Counted from the stretch's first letter, positions 1 through 9,622 are shown. The stretch is DNA of 64,000 bases from Acidobacteriota bacterium (GCA_035471925.1 DATIPO010000065.1:9340-73339), one strand, 5' to 3'. The notes: generated by a model not told the origin, from the letters alone. Numbers and translations are program-made.

Positions 1-1240
1 GCTTCTCGATTTGGCTGCGGGATACAAGGAAGGCAGCGGCGGCGCTGGCCAGAAGTCCGGCGTTGATGACCAGTGCGGTTGCGGGCGAGAGGCGCGAGGC
101 CGTCCAGCCGGTGGCTAGGTCGCCGACCGGCATCCCGCCCCGGAAGGAGAGCATGAAGACGCTCATGACCCGTCCCCGCATCTCGTCCTCCACCGCCAGT
201 TGGATGAGGGCGTTGATGGAGGCGATCAGCGTCAGCATCGACATTCCGCCCAGAAAGAGCAGGACGAAACTCAAAGGCAGCAGGCGCGACAGGGCGAAGC
301 CCACCAGAATGGCTGAAAAGAACAGCTCGATGATCAGCGTGACCAGTCCCCGGCGTTTCATGTCCGAGAAGTAGGCGTAGATGAGGGCGCCGGTGACCGA
401 TCCGGCGGCCGAAACGGTCATCATGTGTGAATAGGTCTGGGCGTCGCCGTTGAAGATGTCCCTGGCGAAAACCGGCAACTGGGTCAGCAGAGGAATGCCG
501 CAGAAGGCCGTGATGAAGCCCAGCAAGCTGAGTTGCCACAGGGCGGCCCTGTCGAAAAGGTAGCTGAGTCCGTGTCGGACATCGGCCAGTACCGAGCGGC
601 CGGTTTTCTGCGGCTTGAAGGAGGTCTCGATCAGATTGAGGGTGATGATGACGGCCACGAAGCTGAGCCCGTTGAAGGCGAAGCAAAGGACGGCGCCCAC
701 GTGCTCCAGCAGGATCCCGGCCAGAAAGGGACCCACCATGCGGGCCAGGTTGAATTGGGTCGAGTTGATGGCGATGGCGTTGGGCATGTCCTCGCGCGGA
801 ACCAGGTTGGGCAGAAGGGCCTGGTAAGCGGGTCCGCCGAAGGCTTGGGCCGTCCCCACGACGAAGACCAGCACCAGGAAGTGCCACAGAGCGATGACCT
901 CGAAGTAGACCAGCCCGGTGAGGATGAAGGCGCTGCTCATCTGCACGTACTGTGAGGCCAGCAGTTGCTTGCGGCGGTCCACCCGGTCGGCCACGGCACC
1001 GCCGATGAGGGTGAAGAGGATGAAGGGCAGCGATCCTAAGAATCCCACCAGACCCAGGTAAAACGGGTCGTTGGTCATTTCGTAGACCAGCCAGCCCTGG
1101 GCGATCTGCTGAGTCCAGGTGCCGGTGGTGGATGTGAAGGACCCCATCCACATCAGCCTGAAATCGCGGTGGGAGAATGCTCGGAACGTTTTCTTGACGA
1201 CGGAAGGTTGATCCGCTTCCGATTCCTTTTGGCCGTCCAT
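1..1240 (-). CDS. MFS transporter (EntS/enterobactin-exporter-like); N-terminus at 1240, C-terminus runs off the window start
   Basis: Reverse-complement translation from the ATG at 1240 gives MDGQKESEADQ...FRLMWMGSFTSTTGTWTQQIAQGWLVYEMT..., with 12-TM-like hydrophobic periodicity. It is open to the window edge. It was not in the ORF table; read directly from the sequence. Confidence 0.75.
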   Translation of the reverse strand, partial: MDGQKESEADQPSVVKKTFRAFSHRDFRLMWMGSFTSTTGTWTQQIAQGWLVYEMTNDPFYLGLVGFLGSLPFILFTLIGGAVADRVDRRKQLLASQYVQMSSAFILTGLVYFEVIALWHFLVLVFVVGTAQAFGGPAYQALLPNLVPREDMPNAIAINSTQFNLARMVGPFLAGILLEHVGAVLCFAFNGLSFVAVIITLNLIETSFKPQKTGRSVLADVRHGLSYLFDRAALWQLSLLGFITAFCGIPLLTQLPVFARDIFNGDAQTYSHMMTVSAAGSVTGALIYAYFSDMKRRGLVTLIIELFFSAILVGFALSRLLPLSFVLLFLGGMSMLTLIASINALIQLAVEDEMRGRVMSVFMLSFRGGMPVGDLATGWTASRLSPATALVINAGLLASAAAAFLVSRSQIEK

Positions 1241-1304
1241 CTCAGCGTAGATGCCTCTCTGGCTGTCGCGGATTCGCCTGAGTTCGTGGTATTTTCTTGC
1301 CCAA

Positions 1305-2324
1305 ATGGGCCTCTACGGACGAATCATGCACTGGCGCGAGAAGGTGTTGACCCGCAGGGACACCAACCGGCGCGTCTTCCCCTTTGAATGGGGATTGCAG
1401 TGGCTGGGTCTGGACAACAACGGTCATCCGCCTCTGCGCAAGCTGCAGGAGCTGTCCGGCGAAGCCGTCCAGAACTCCGACCGCTTTTTCGCTTTGCCTG
1501 AGAAGCATGTCAAAGCCCGCTGGCTCGATCAAGGCCGCGTGGTCGAGTTCGAGTCCCCCGCCGACTGCCTGCTGGAGCAGAACAACCTCGTCCGCTGCCG
1601 GGTTTTCGAGGCGCCTGATTCTCGGCGGGCGGTGGTCGTCCTGCCTCAGTGGAACGCCGACGAAGACAGCCACGTGGGGCTGTGCCGGATCCTTCAGCGG
1701 CTGGGAATCACCGCCGTGCGTCACGCTCTGCCCTTTCACGAGCACCGGCGTCCTCCGGGCATGGTGCGGGCCGACTACATGGTCAGCCCCAACATCGGAC
1801 GTACCATCCACGCGGTGCGTCAAGCCGTGCTGGAGACTCGCCGGCTAGTCCACTTGCTGCATGAAAAAGGCTATCAGCGGGTGGCTTTGATGGGCACCAG
1901 CATCGGTTCCTGCGTGGGCTTTCTCAGCTTTCTGCACGAGCCTCTGGCCCGTGTCGGAGTCTTTAATTTCGTCTCCGGATGGTTCGCCGACGTGGTTTGG
2001 CAGGGGAATGCCACCCGCTATGTACGGCGGGGACTGGAGCAGGAGATTAACCTTGAGGATCTGCGCCGCCTGTGGGCGCCCATCAGTCCCATGGCGTACG
2101 TGGAGAGAGCCGCCGCCGACACCCGTCGGCATCTGCTGATCTCGGCGCGCTATGATCTGACCTTCCTGCCTGAAATGAGTGAAGAGGTGTTTCAAGCCTA
2201 CCGCCGTCATGGACGCGAGCCGGAAGTGGCCTACCTGCCCTGCGGCCACTACACTACCGCCCGCTTTCCGTTCAAATACCTGGACGGCTGGCACATCTGC
2301 CGCTACCTCCACCGCCACCTCTAG
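1305..2324 (+). CDS. alpha/beta hydrolase fold protein
   Basis: ORF 1251..2324 contains the nucleophile-elbow-like motif GTSIGS. It is divergent from the MFS gene, so the start is probably an internal ATG (1305 or 1326). Confidence 0.65.
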   Translation: MGLYGRIMHWREKVLTRRDTNRRVFPFEWGLQWLGLDNNGHPPLRKLQELSGEAVQNSDRFFALPEKHVKARWLDQGRVVEFESPADCLLEQNNLVRCRVFEAPDSRRAVVVLPQWNADEDSHVGLCRILQRLGITAVRHALPFHEHRRPPGMVRADYMVSPNIGRTIHAVRQAVLETRRLVHLLHEKGYQRVALMGTSIGSCVGFLSFLHEPLARVGVFNFVSGWFADVVWQGNATRYVRRGLEQEINLEDLRRLWAPISPMAYVERAAADTRRHLLISARYDLTFLPEMSEEVFQAYRRHGREPEVAYLPCGHYTTARFPFKYLDGWHICRYLHRHL

Positions 2325-2889
2325 CCCGTTCTCGCGGGTTGTCGTCGCGAGGGGGCCGCCAGCGCCGCGATGACGAGGCGTCGCGACCGAGGCCCGCGGA
2401 GACCTGCTGTAGGGTACGTTGAGCATGCCGACCGAGGCCAATGCAGTCAGCGCGGATAGATGCGGCAACGCAGTACCGCCCGCGAGAGATATGGGCTAGC
2501 CCACCACGAGCTCTTGTATTGGGGACCGGGGCGGCAGAAAAATGAGATTTTTTCGGTCCTCGCCGAAGAATGTCAGAGGCGTCTGCTAGAGTCCTGGCCA
2601 TACTTCCAGGAGCTCCTGCCAACGATCCTGGAAGACTTGGAGAAGAGAAGGGCGTACATCAAGCCATCCAGCCTCTTTCAGCCTCTCTGCAAAAGCCTGG
2701 AACGCCCTTCTCTCCTTCCGGTTTCTTTCCCCCCGCCACATCTTGCAAGGTTTATTCACCCCTGCTGCGCTTTGCCTTTTTTCGTCCCCTGACCCAGAGT
2801 GGCATCGCTGCTCACAAGTGCAGGTCACAGGTACTGAAGAATGGCTCCAATTCACTTAGCCCAGGAGGGTAGTGCCTGCGTTGGCAGTC

Positions 2890-3350
2890 AGGGCCAAGTT
2901 CGCCGAAGGCGAGAGATGGGTCAGTGCTTTGCCGGTGGCTATGAAAGGCAGGCAGTCCTGGTGTCGAGAGCCAAGTTTGGGCTCGCCGTGGCAAGCGACA
3001 GGTGCTTCCTTCGCCAGATTCTAATGGAAGGCAAGCAGCCCGGTGTCGAGAACCAAGTCCGGGCTCGCTGTGGCGAGCCATGAGGTCCCGTCCCGCCAAA
3101 AGCGATGGTGGGCAGGCAGCCGGGTGTCGAGAACCAAGTCGGGGCCCGCTGTGGCGTGAGCCATAGAGCCGTCCTTCGCTAAAAGCCCCGGAGGGCAGGC
3201 GGCCAGGTGTCGAAAAGCAAGTCGGGGCTCGCTGAAGGCGAGCCATAGGCCAGCCCAGGGTGGAGCCCGCTGCGAGCGTAGCGCTGCAAGGGCGCAACCC
3301 TGGGTCTTGGCCAGAGGACGACCGAACGCTGAAAGCGTGCAATAGCGTCA
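2890..3350 (+). repeat. Structured intergenic repeat element, copy 1: ~3.7 tandem ~83-bp units plus a conserved ~100-bp terminal module
   Basis: Units carry a perfect hairpin (GGCTCGC-TGTG-GCGAGCC) within gtcgagaaccaagtccgggctcgctgtggcgagccat. The terminal module carries CCCAGGGT...ACCCTGGG and the aacgctgaaagcgtgcaatagcgt hairpin. It is homologous to 23395..23630 (inverted) and 63450..63915. Confidence 0.6.
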
Positions 3351-3381
3351 GGGGCTGGCTCGAATGGCTCGGCTTGCTACG

Positions 3382-4644
3382 CTAGTCGACCGTCTCGAGG
3401 TTGTTGGCCATGCGGACGGCTTCCTCGTAGGAGAGGGCGCGTTCCAGGTTGACGGTGGTCATGGCAGCCACCTTCTCGTAGGTTTCGCGAGCTTTCTCTT
3501 CTTGCCCGTCCTTATGATAGGCGCGGGCCAGGAGAAGCTGATGGAAGGCGTCGGTGGGGCTGGCTTGCTCCAGATGCTCGATGGCCGCGTCGATCTCGCC
3601 AGCTTCCAGCTTCACGTATCCGGCAAGGTAGTGGTAGGCCGCCTCGAAATTGACTGCTTGGGAGCCGCCTTCATCCAGGGCCTTGCGCATCCATTCCACT
3701 TCGGCCCAAGCCGCGTCGTCCTTGCCCATCTTAGCCAAGGTGCGGCCCTTGCCATGGTGGTAGCGCCCCGTCCAGATCTGGATTTGTTGCTCGGGCAGAC
3801 CGGAGCCTTCCAACGACTTGAGGCCCTTCTCATAGTCGGTCATGGCTTCTTCGAGGCGCCCGTTTTCCAAATTGATGCGGGCCCGCAGGTTGTGAATGAA
3901 GACGGTCGGGAAGGCTTGGGCATTGCCGGCTTCGATGTACCCGGCCAACGCCTGATCGACGGCGGACAAGGCCTTGTCGACGTGACCTTCGTGGACGTGG
4001 GTGAGAATGGTCCCGAAGTGGAGTCCGAAGGGGAAGTTGTCGGCCTTGGCCAGCCCCTTGCGGTAGGTCTTGCGGGCTTTGCCGTACTTGGAGTCCAGCA
4101 GTTGGCAGTTTCCGCGGAAGAAATAAATGCGCGGCGTGCTGTTGTCGAGCTTGAAGGCGCGGTCAAAAGACCGGCAGGCGGATTCGGCGTCGCTGCCCAT
4201 CGAAAGCTGTCCCACCAGCATGTGGGCGCGCCGCTCCTCGGGCCAGCCCCGGGCCATTTTCTGAAAGACCTCCAGAGCTTCAGGCAGGGTGCCGGCGCGG
4301 ATGTGTTTGACGCCCTCCAGATAGAGCTTCTCGCCCTCATTCAGGTTGGCGGCCAGTTCATCGGCCTTGGCCAGCATTTCCTGGGCCTGGGGATTGGGTT
4401 GAAACTGGCTGGCTACCATGTACCCGAAGGCCCACTCGGGATCGGCATCGATCAATTCCTGAGCCTTGGCGGCCAGGGCGGGTCCCGCCTGAAAGCTCTC
4501 GATGCCGTGGGTGATTTCGTCCACCAGCTCGACGGCCTTTTCAGAGTCGGATGAAAACTCAAGGGCTTTGCCGCCCGCGAAGGTCCAGCCGAAGGCCAGG
4601 AGTAGGATCGCCGCTGGCGCGGCACATTTGCTCACAAACTTCAT
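3382..4644 (-). CDS. secreted TPR-repeat protein
   Basis: 420-aa ORF with an N-terminal signal peptide (MKFVSKCAAPAAILLLAFGWTFAGG) and TPR-like helical repeats (AYHYLAGYV..., ARAYHKDGQ...). Confidence 0.7.
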   Translation of the reverse strand: MKFVSKCAAPAAILLLAFGWTFAGGKALEFSSDSEKAVELVDEITHGIESFQAGPALAAKAQELIDADPEWAFGYMVASQFQPNPQAQEMLAKADELAANLNEGEKLYLEGVKHIRAGTLPEALEVFQKMARGWPEERRAHMLVGQLSMGSDAESACRSFDRAFKLDNSTPRIYFFRGNCQLLDSKYGKARKTYRKGLAKADNFPFGLHFGTILTHVHEGHVDKALSAVDQALAGYIEAGNAQAFPTVFIHNLRARINLENGRLEEAMTDYEKGLKSLEGSGLPEQQIQIWTGRYHHGKGRTLAKMGKDDAAWAEVEWMRKALDEGGSQAVNFEAAYHYLAGYVKLEAGEIDAAIEHLEQASPTDAFHQLLLARAYHKDGQEEKARETYEKVAAMTTVNLERALSYEEAVRMANNLETVD

Positions 4645-4895
4645 GGTTGCGTCTCCTCCTTAACCGTGGTCGTCCTCCACCGTCGGCGAGAATGGATCCT
4701 TAATTCCGGGATTCCTGACAACAAACGTCGCCTCGCGCAGCTTCGTTCCCAAAAGATCTTCTGCCCCGGAGAGCGACGGGCAGCCGAGCCGGGGCCTTAA
4801 TGGCGCTCTCCGCTGAGCCTTGACCCGCGTCGGGATCTCGGTTTCGCTGCGGGCAGAGGCCGGAATTGGGTGGGTTGACTTCGGGCAGCGGGCAC

Positions 4896-4931
4896 AAAAA
4901 AAGACGCCTGATGCGGGCGGCACCAGGCGTC
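4896..4931 (-). terminator. Rho-independent terminator downstream of the Hsp20 gene
   Basis: On the minus strand a hairpin (gacgcctg...caggcgtc) is followed by TTTTTTT. Confidence 0.5.
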
Positions 4932-4996
4932 CTCGGGTTCGGACTCCGGCCGGGTCGCGTCTTCTCGCGACGCACCCGGGCCGAAGCAAGGCTCGG

Positions 4997-5413
4997 TCAT
5001 TTGACCTTGATGTCGATCTGCTTGGGCTTGGCTTCTTCCCGCTTGGGAAGAGTCAGCACCAGCAGCCCGTTTTTGAGGTTGGCGCTGATCTTGTCGGGAT
5101 CGATGTTGCGCGGCAGGGTGAAGCTGCGCTCGAAGCGGCCGTAGCTGCGCTCGATGCGGTGGTATTCTTCATCTTTGCGTTCCTGGGTGCGTTCACCCGA
5201 GAGGGTCAGGACGCCGTCCTCAACAGAAATGTCGATGTCGCCCTTGGCAAATCCCGGCAGTTCGGCGGTGAAGACCAGAGCATCGGTGTCTTCACTCACG
5301 TCCACGGCCGGCCTCCAGCCGCGGGAAGTCTCAGGATAGTTGCGGCTGAAAAAGTTGCTGAAAGCGTCATCGAAGAGCCGTTGTACGTCGTTGGTTCTCA
5401 TTAAGGTTGTCAT
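4997..5413 (-). CDS. Hsp20/alpha-crystallin small heat shock protein
   Basis: Alpha-crystallin domain (WRPAVDVSEDTDALVFTAELPGFAKGDIDISVEDGVLTLSGER...RSYGRFERSFTLP). Start is at the internal ATG MTTLMRTNDV with the RBS gaaggagga. Confidence 0.85.
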   Translation of the reverse strand: MTTLMRTNDVQRLFDDAFSNFFSRNYPETSRGWRPAVDVSEDTDALVFTAELPGFAKGDIDISVEDGVLTLSGERTQERKDEEYHRIERSYGRFERSFTLPRNIDPDKISANLKNGLLVLTLPKREEAKPKQIDIKVK

Positions 5414-5470
5414 GTCGTCTTCCTCCTTCGATCTATGTGAAATCAAGGTTGTTCGTGCCTTCGCGCTCGC

Positions 5471-5499
5471 TACATAAAATGCCTCTTGAGGGCTGTCAA
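5471..5499 (-). promoter_or_regulatory. Sigma70-like promoter of Hsp20 gene 1 (TTGACA-17-TATGTA)
   Basis: The minus-strand sequence cctcaccTTGACAgccctcaagaggcatttTATGTA lies ~55 nt upstream of the ATG. The extended motif GCCTCAC(C)TTGACAGCC is shared with the second Hsp20 promoter. Confidence 0.45.
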
Positions 5500-5615
5500 G
5501 GTGAGGCCGGCGACAAAGGCGGAACATCCGGCCTCAACCCAGAAAGCCCGGCGAAGGCGGCCTCCGCCGGGCTCGGGTCTCGGGTTCGCCCGGCGGCTTT
5601 GCCAGGCCTTTTCAA

Positions 5616-6059
5616 TCAGTGGACGTCGACCGCGATGTGGCGCGGCTTGGCCTCTTCGCGCTTGGGAATGGAGATGGTCAGCAGTCCATTCTTGAGCGAA
5701 GCGCTGATGTTGCCGGAATCAACGTTGGTGGGCAGCGCGAAGCTGCGCTCGAAGCGGCCGTAAGAGCGCTCTACGCGGTGGAACTGACGGCCTTCCTCCT
5801 GGCTCTCGCGCTGGCGTTCGCCGGAAACGGTGAGGGTGCCGTCTTCAACTGAGATGTTCAGGTCTTCCTTGTTGAAGCCCGGCACCTCGGCGGTGAAGGT
5901 CAGGCCCTCGGGGTCTTCGTGAATATCTACTGCGGGAAGCCATCCCTTTGAAGCTTCAGGGCGATGGCGGCTCGGCTCGAGGTCGTTGAAGACCCGGTCG
6001 AAAAGATCGTAGGGCGAAGTCGGTTGAGGCATCTGTCTGCGAATCTTCATTAAAGTCAT
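5616..6059 (-). CDS. Hsp20/alpha-crystallin small heat shock protein (paralogue)
   Basis: 147 aa (WLPAVDIHEDPEGLTFTAEVPGFNKEDLNISVEDGTLTVSGER...RSYGRFERSFALP); in tandem with 4997..5413. Confidence 0.85.
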   Translation of the reverse strand: MTLMKIRRQMPQPTSPYDLFDRVFNDLEPSRHRPEASKGWLPAVDIHEDPEGLTFTAEVPGFNKEDLNISVEDGTLTVSGERQRESQEEGRQFHRVERSYGRFERSFALPTNVDSGNISASLKNGLLTISIPKREEAKPRHIAVDVH

Positions 6060-6124
6060 GTAAGTTGGTCCTCCAGTTGGCTCGAATGTATTTAAAAGTA
6101 CTGCGTTTTTCGTCTACGTTTAGT

Positions 6125-6153
6125 GAGATAAGATGCCAGGAGGCGGCTGTCAA
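6125..6153 (-). promoter_or_regulatory. Sigma70-like promoter of Hsp20 gene 2 (TTGACA-17-TATCTC)
   Basis: The minus-strand sequence gcctcacTTGACAgccgcctcctggcatctTATCTC shares the same extended -35 context as the first Hsp20 promoter. Confidence 0.4.
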
Positions 6154-6207
6154 GTGAGGCGGGCAAAAAAATCGCATTTCTGCCCCAAATAGCTGAAAAA
6201 TAGAGGT

Positions 6208-7281
6208 TTAGGTCATCTGCAGGTAGGCTTCGGTGCCCAAGTCGGCTTGGCTCAGGGCATCGGTGAAGCTTTGCATGAGGGACATGCGTTGATCGTGGGG
6301 CAGGAAGGCCGAGCGGGCTCCTTGCAGGATGAGGCGGTGGAGCCCCTCCTGGGTCAGTCCGAAATGTTGGACGGCCAACAGGTACTCGTTGCTGATGGTG
6401 GTTTGAAAGAGTCCGGGGTCGTCGGTGTTGAGGCTGACGGCCAAGCCGCGCTTGAAGAGCAGGCCGAAGGGATTGTTGGAGACGGGCGCCCAGGAGCCGG
6501 TGCATTGGTTGCTGGTGAGGCAGACGTCGAGGCCCACCGGGTGGCCGCGCAGGTATTCGATGAGGCGTCCGTCGCGGGCCGCCTGGATGCCGTGGCCAAT
6601 GCGGTTGGCGCCCAGGACGCGCATGGCGTCCCACACTTGGTCGGGTCCCCCGGTTTCGCCCGCGTGGACGTGTATGAAGAGTCCGCGGGCCTTGGCCCGG
6701 CGGAAGACATCCTGGAAATCGCTCATGGGAAGGGAGTTCTCATCGCCGCCTAGTCCCAGTCCGCAGACGCCCCGCTGCTGATGCTCGACGGCCCACTGAG
6801 CGGTTTGCTCGGCTTCTTCGGGACCCCACTGGCGGACGCAGTCGAAGATCCAGCGAATGGAGACGGTCCCCTTGGATTCGATTTCGCCGGAACGTGTCAG
6901 CAAAGCGTCGATGACGGCCTCGGCGTCGAATCCGAACCGCTGAGGGATGGAAGGCGAGACGATGATCTCGGCGTAGCGGATGTGGTGCTGCTTGAAGTAG
7001 TCGCACAGGTGGTCGAGCAGCAGCAGATAGTCTTCAGGCTCGCGCAGGTGCTGGCACACCGTCTTGTAGGTGGAGAGAAAGTCGGCGAAGTCCTCATACT
7101 GGAAGAAGCGCCGGTGGACGTCAGCAACAGACAGGTCCTTGAGTTCCGTGTCGTACTTTTCGGCCAGCCCGATGAGGATGTCGGCCGTGGCCGAGCCCTC
7201 CAAATGGAGGTGCAGTTCGGCCTTGGGAACGCTCCTGATGCGCTCGTACAATTGCTCTGAAATGGCTTGGCGTTCCTTCAA
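6208..7281 (-). CDS. add: adenosine deaminase family protein
   Basis: Motifs ELHLHLEGS, HAGE and SLNTDDP. The ORF's ATG at 7419 overlaps the upstream gene by 115 nt. A TTG at 7281 preceded by AAGGAGG is the likelier start. Confidence 0.8.
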   Translation of the reverse strand: MKERQAISEQLYERIRSVPKAELHLHLEGSATADILIGLAEKYDTELKDLSVADVHRRFFQYEDFADFLSTYKTVCQHLREPEDYLLLLDHLCDYFKQHHIRYAEIIVSPSIPQRFGFDAEAVIDALLTRSGEIESKGTVSIRWIFDCVRQWGPEEAEQTAQWAVEHQQRGVCGLGLGGDENSLPMSDFQDVFRRAKARGLFIHVHAGETGGPDQVWDAMRVLGANRIGHGIQAARDGRLIEYLRGHPVGLDVCLTSNQCTGSWAPVSNNPFGLLFKRGLAVSLNTDDPGLFQTTISNEYLLAVQHFGLTQEGLHRLILQGARSAFLPHDQRMSLMQSFTDALSQADLGTEAYLQMT

Positions 7282-7304
7282 GAGCCTCCTTGCAAGAGGG
7301 CCGG

Positions 7305-8267
7305 CTATCCCAGCAGTTGCATCTGCTTGAGTCCGCTGAGGGTCTCCTCGGAGATGACGTTCTCGTAAGTCTTCAATTCGCGGTCTCCCGGCGTCCGTTT
7401 TCGCATCTCGTCCCAGCACATGGGCGAGACGAAAATCAGATCAGCTTCTTTGACGATTTTTTCGATCAAATCCTCGCGGTCGATAGGAGCGATCCAGAAC
7501 TTTTTGTCGGTGGAAGGGTGAAAAATGTTCATGAAAACTTCCCAGGGGGCGTGAAGCGTCCTCTCGTCTTTGATGACGATGGCGATGTTGCGGTCCTGGG
7601 CTTCGCTGAGAATGTCGGTGTAGATGGCGTGCCGCGGTTTGATTTCCTGGACGGGCTTTTTGTAGCGCTCCGCCATGCGGGTCACTTCGTCCAGATGCCA
7701 GCTTGTGGTCAGCAGGCAGTCGGCTTCTCGCAGGAAGCGTTCCTCTTCTTCGGTAGGCTGGCCCTCCAGGTTGACGGGAAAGGCCTCAGCATTGAGCCGC
7801 ATCTGCAGTTCGCGCGAGAAGATGAAAGCTTCTTCGCTGTGATCGACCACGGCCAGCTTGAGCTTGCGCAGGTCGGTGCCGTTGACGAAGCTGCTGTAGA
7901 GGCGGGCGAATTTTTCCGGACTCAGTCCCACGCTGCGGGCCCGGTCGCTGACCTCCCCCAGCAGCTTGAAGATGGCCTTGGCGCGCATCTGCTCGTAGCC
8001 TTCGCGTCCGCTCTTCTTCTGCAGGAAGGCACCGCTCCCCTTGACGATCTCGACGTAGTTTTCCTCGGCCAGCCGGACGTAGATCTTGCGGATGGTCTTG
8101 TAATTGACCTCCAAGTCGTCGGCCAGTTCGCGGATGGAGGGCAGACGGTCGCCTTCCTGGATCTTGCCGCAGTAAATGGCGCTCAGGAGCTGCCCCTTGA
8201 TCTGGCGGTAATAGCTGAGGTTGACGTTTTCCTTGTCCAGGTTGAACCTGAGGGTCTTGTCAGACAT
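7305..8267 (-). CDS. GntR-family transcriptional regulator (N-terminal winged HTH plus C-terminal ligand domain)
   Basis: N-terminal YYRQIKGQLLSAIYCGKIQEGDRLPSIRELADDLEVNYKTIRKIY is a GntR-type HTH. Its start codon overlaps the serS stop (TAATG). Confidence 0.75.
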   Translation of the reverse strand: MSDKTLRFNLDKENVNLSYYRQIKGQLLSAIYCGKIQEGDRLPSIRELADDLEVNYKTIRKIYVRLAEENYVEIVKGSGAFLQKKSGREGYEQMRAKAIFKLLGEVSDRARSVGLSPEKFARLYSSFVNGTDLRKLKLAVVDHSEEAFIFSRELQMRLNAEAFPVNLEGQPTEEEERFLREADCLLTTSWHLDEVTRMAERYKKPVQEIKPRHAIYTDILSEAQDRNIAIVIKDERTLHAPWEVFMNIFHPSTDKKFWIAPIDREDLIEKIVKEADLIFVSPMCWDEMRKRTPGDRELKTYENVISEETLSGLKQMQLLG

Positions 8268-9559
8268 TACAGCTTAAGTCCGTTCTCCACCGTGATGCGC
8301 TCCAAGCCGTCCATGTAGGGACGCAGCGCTTGGGGGATCAACACGGTTCCGTCGGCTTCCTGGAAGTTCTCCAGAAGGGCCACCCAGGTGCGTCCCACGG
8401 CCAGTCCTGAGCCGTTGAGGGTGTGGACGTGGCGAGTCTTCTTGGCATCGCTGGGACGGTAGCGGATACTGGCCCGGCGGGCCTGGAAGTCCTCGAAGTT
8501 GCTGCAAGAGGAAATCTCGCGGTAGGTGTTCTGACTGGGAATCCAAACCTCCAAGTCGTAGGTTTTGGCGGAACTGAAGCCGGTGTCGCCGCTGCAAAGC
8601 GTGACCACCCGGTAGGGCAGCTCCAGGCGTTGAAGAATGGACTCAGCGTCGGATGTCAGTTGCTCCAGTTGCTGATAGGAGTCGTCGGCGCGGGCGAACT
8701 TGACCAATTCCACCTTGTTGAACTGGTGCTGGCGGATCAGTCCCCTGGTGTCTTTGCCGTAGGATCCCGCCTCGCTGCGGAAGCAAGGCGTGTAGGCGGT
8801 CAGGCTGATGGGGAGGTTTTCCTCCTCCAGGATTTCCTGGGCCAGCAGGTTGGTGACGGGAACTTCCGCCGTGGGGACCAGATAGAAGTCATGGCCCTCC
8901 AGCTTGAAGAGGTCCTGCTCGAACTTGGGGAGTTGACCGGTGCCTACGAAGGCGTTGCGGTTGTTGATGTAGGGGGGCAGGACCTCGGTGTAGCCGTGCT
9001 CCTTAGTGTGGACGTCGAGCATGAAGCGGGCCAGCGCATGCTCCAAGCGGGCGCCGGCGCCCAGGTAGACGGCAAAGCGGGCTCCGGCGATCTTGCCGGC
9101 CCGCTGCAGGTCGAGAATCCCCAGGTCTTCGCCCAGCTCGACGTGATCTTTGATGGGGAAGTCGAAGGCGCGCGGCTCTCCGAAGGTGCGCATTTCCTGG
9201 TTGGCGCTCTCGTCCTCGCCTGGCGGCACCGAGTCATGGCAAAGGTTGGGGATGGTGAGCAGGAAGTCCTCCATGCTCTGGGCCAGCTCGGCCAGCCTTC
9301 CGTCCAGCTCCTTGATGCGGGCGCCTACCTGCTTCATTTCTTCGATCTGCGGGGAGGCATCGCCGCCGGAGCGTTTGACTTGGGCGATCTGATCGCTGGT
9401 CTTGTTGCGCTTGGCCCGCAGCTCCTCCCATTCCAGGCGGACCTCTTTTTCTTCATCGTCGAGTTGGCGGAAAGTCTCGCGCTCAAAGTCATAGCCGCGC
9501 TGGGAGAGTTTCTCGGCCACCCGGTCTAAGTTTTCGCGTATGAAGGTTCGATCGAGCAT
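8267..9559 (-). CDS. serS: seryl-tRNA synthetase
   Basis: 430 aa with an N-terminal coiled coil and a class II aaRS core ([34 protein letters not shown]). Confidence 0.95.
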   Translation of the reverse strand: MLDRTFIRENLDRVAEKLSQRGYDFERETFRQLDDEEKEVRLEWEELRAKRNKTSDQIAQVKRSGGDASPQIEEMKQVGARIKELDGRLAELAQSMEDFLLTIPNLCHDSVPPGEDESANQEMRTFGEPRAFDFPIKDHVELGEDLGILDLQRAGKIAGARFAVYLGAGARLEHALARFMLDVHTKEHGYTEVLPPYINNRNAFVGTGQLPKFEQDLFKLEGHDFYLVPTAEVPVTNLLAQEILEEENLPISLTAYTPCFRSEAGSYGKDTRGLIRQHQFNKVELVKFARADDSYQQLEQLTSDAESILQRLELPYRVVTLCSGDTGFSSAKTYDLEVWIPSQNTYREISSCSNFEDFQARRASIRYRPSDAKKTRHVHTLNGSGLAVGRTWVALLENFQEADGTVLIPQALRPYMDGLERITVENGLKL

Positions 9560-9622
9560 GATGTGTCGCGTCCTTTATTATGAGTGATCTCGCGTCCCAG
9601 CGCATCCCCGACGCCCGGTGCC

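Noticed and set aside
2930-3240. AAGTCCGGGCTC motif reminiscent of the RNase P RNA P4 region
   Set aside because: The motif occurs many times inside tandem repeat units at three loci, and the rest of the RNase P consensus is absent. Coincidental GC-rich similarity.
2890-3350. Tandem repeats considered as a CRISPR array
   Set aside because: Units are 60-85 bp with degenerate, non-unique spacer-like portions. The same composite element recurs at three loci. No cas genes are present. The repeats contain internal hairpins rather than CRISPR-type repeat-spacer periodicity.
3364-4554. 396-aa plus-strand ORF
   Set aside because: Shadow ORF antisense to the secreted TPR protein gene (3382..4644). 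Low-complexity G/A/L/V-rich translation.
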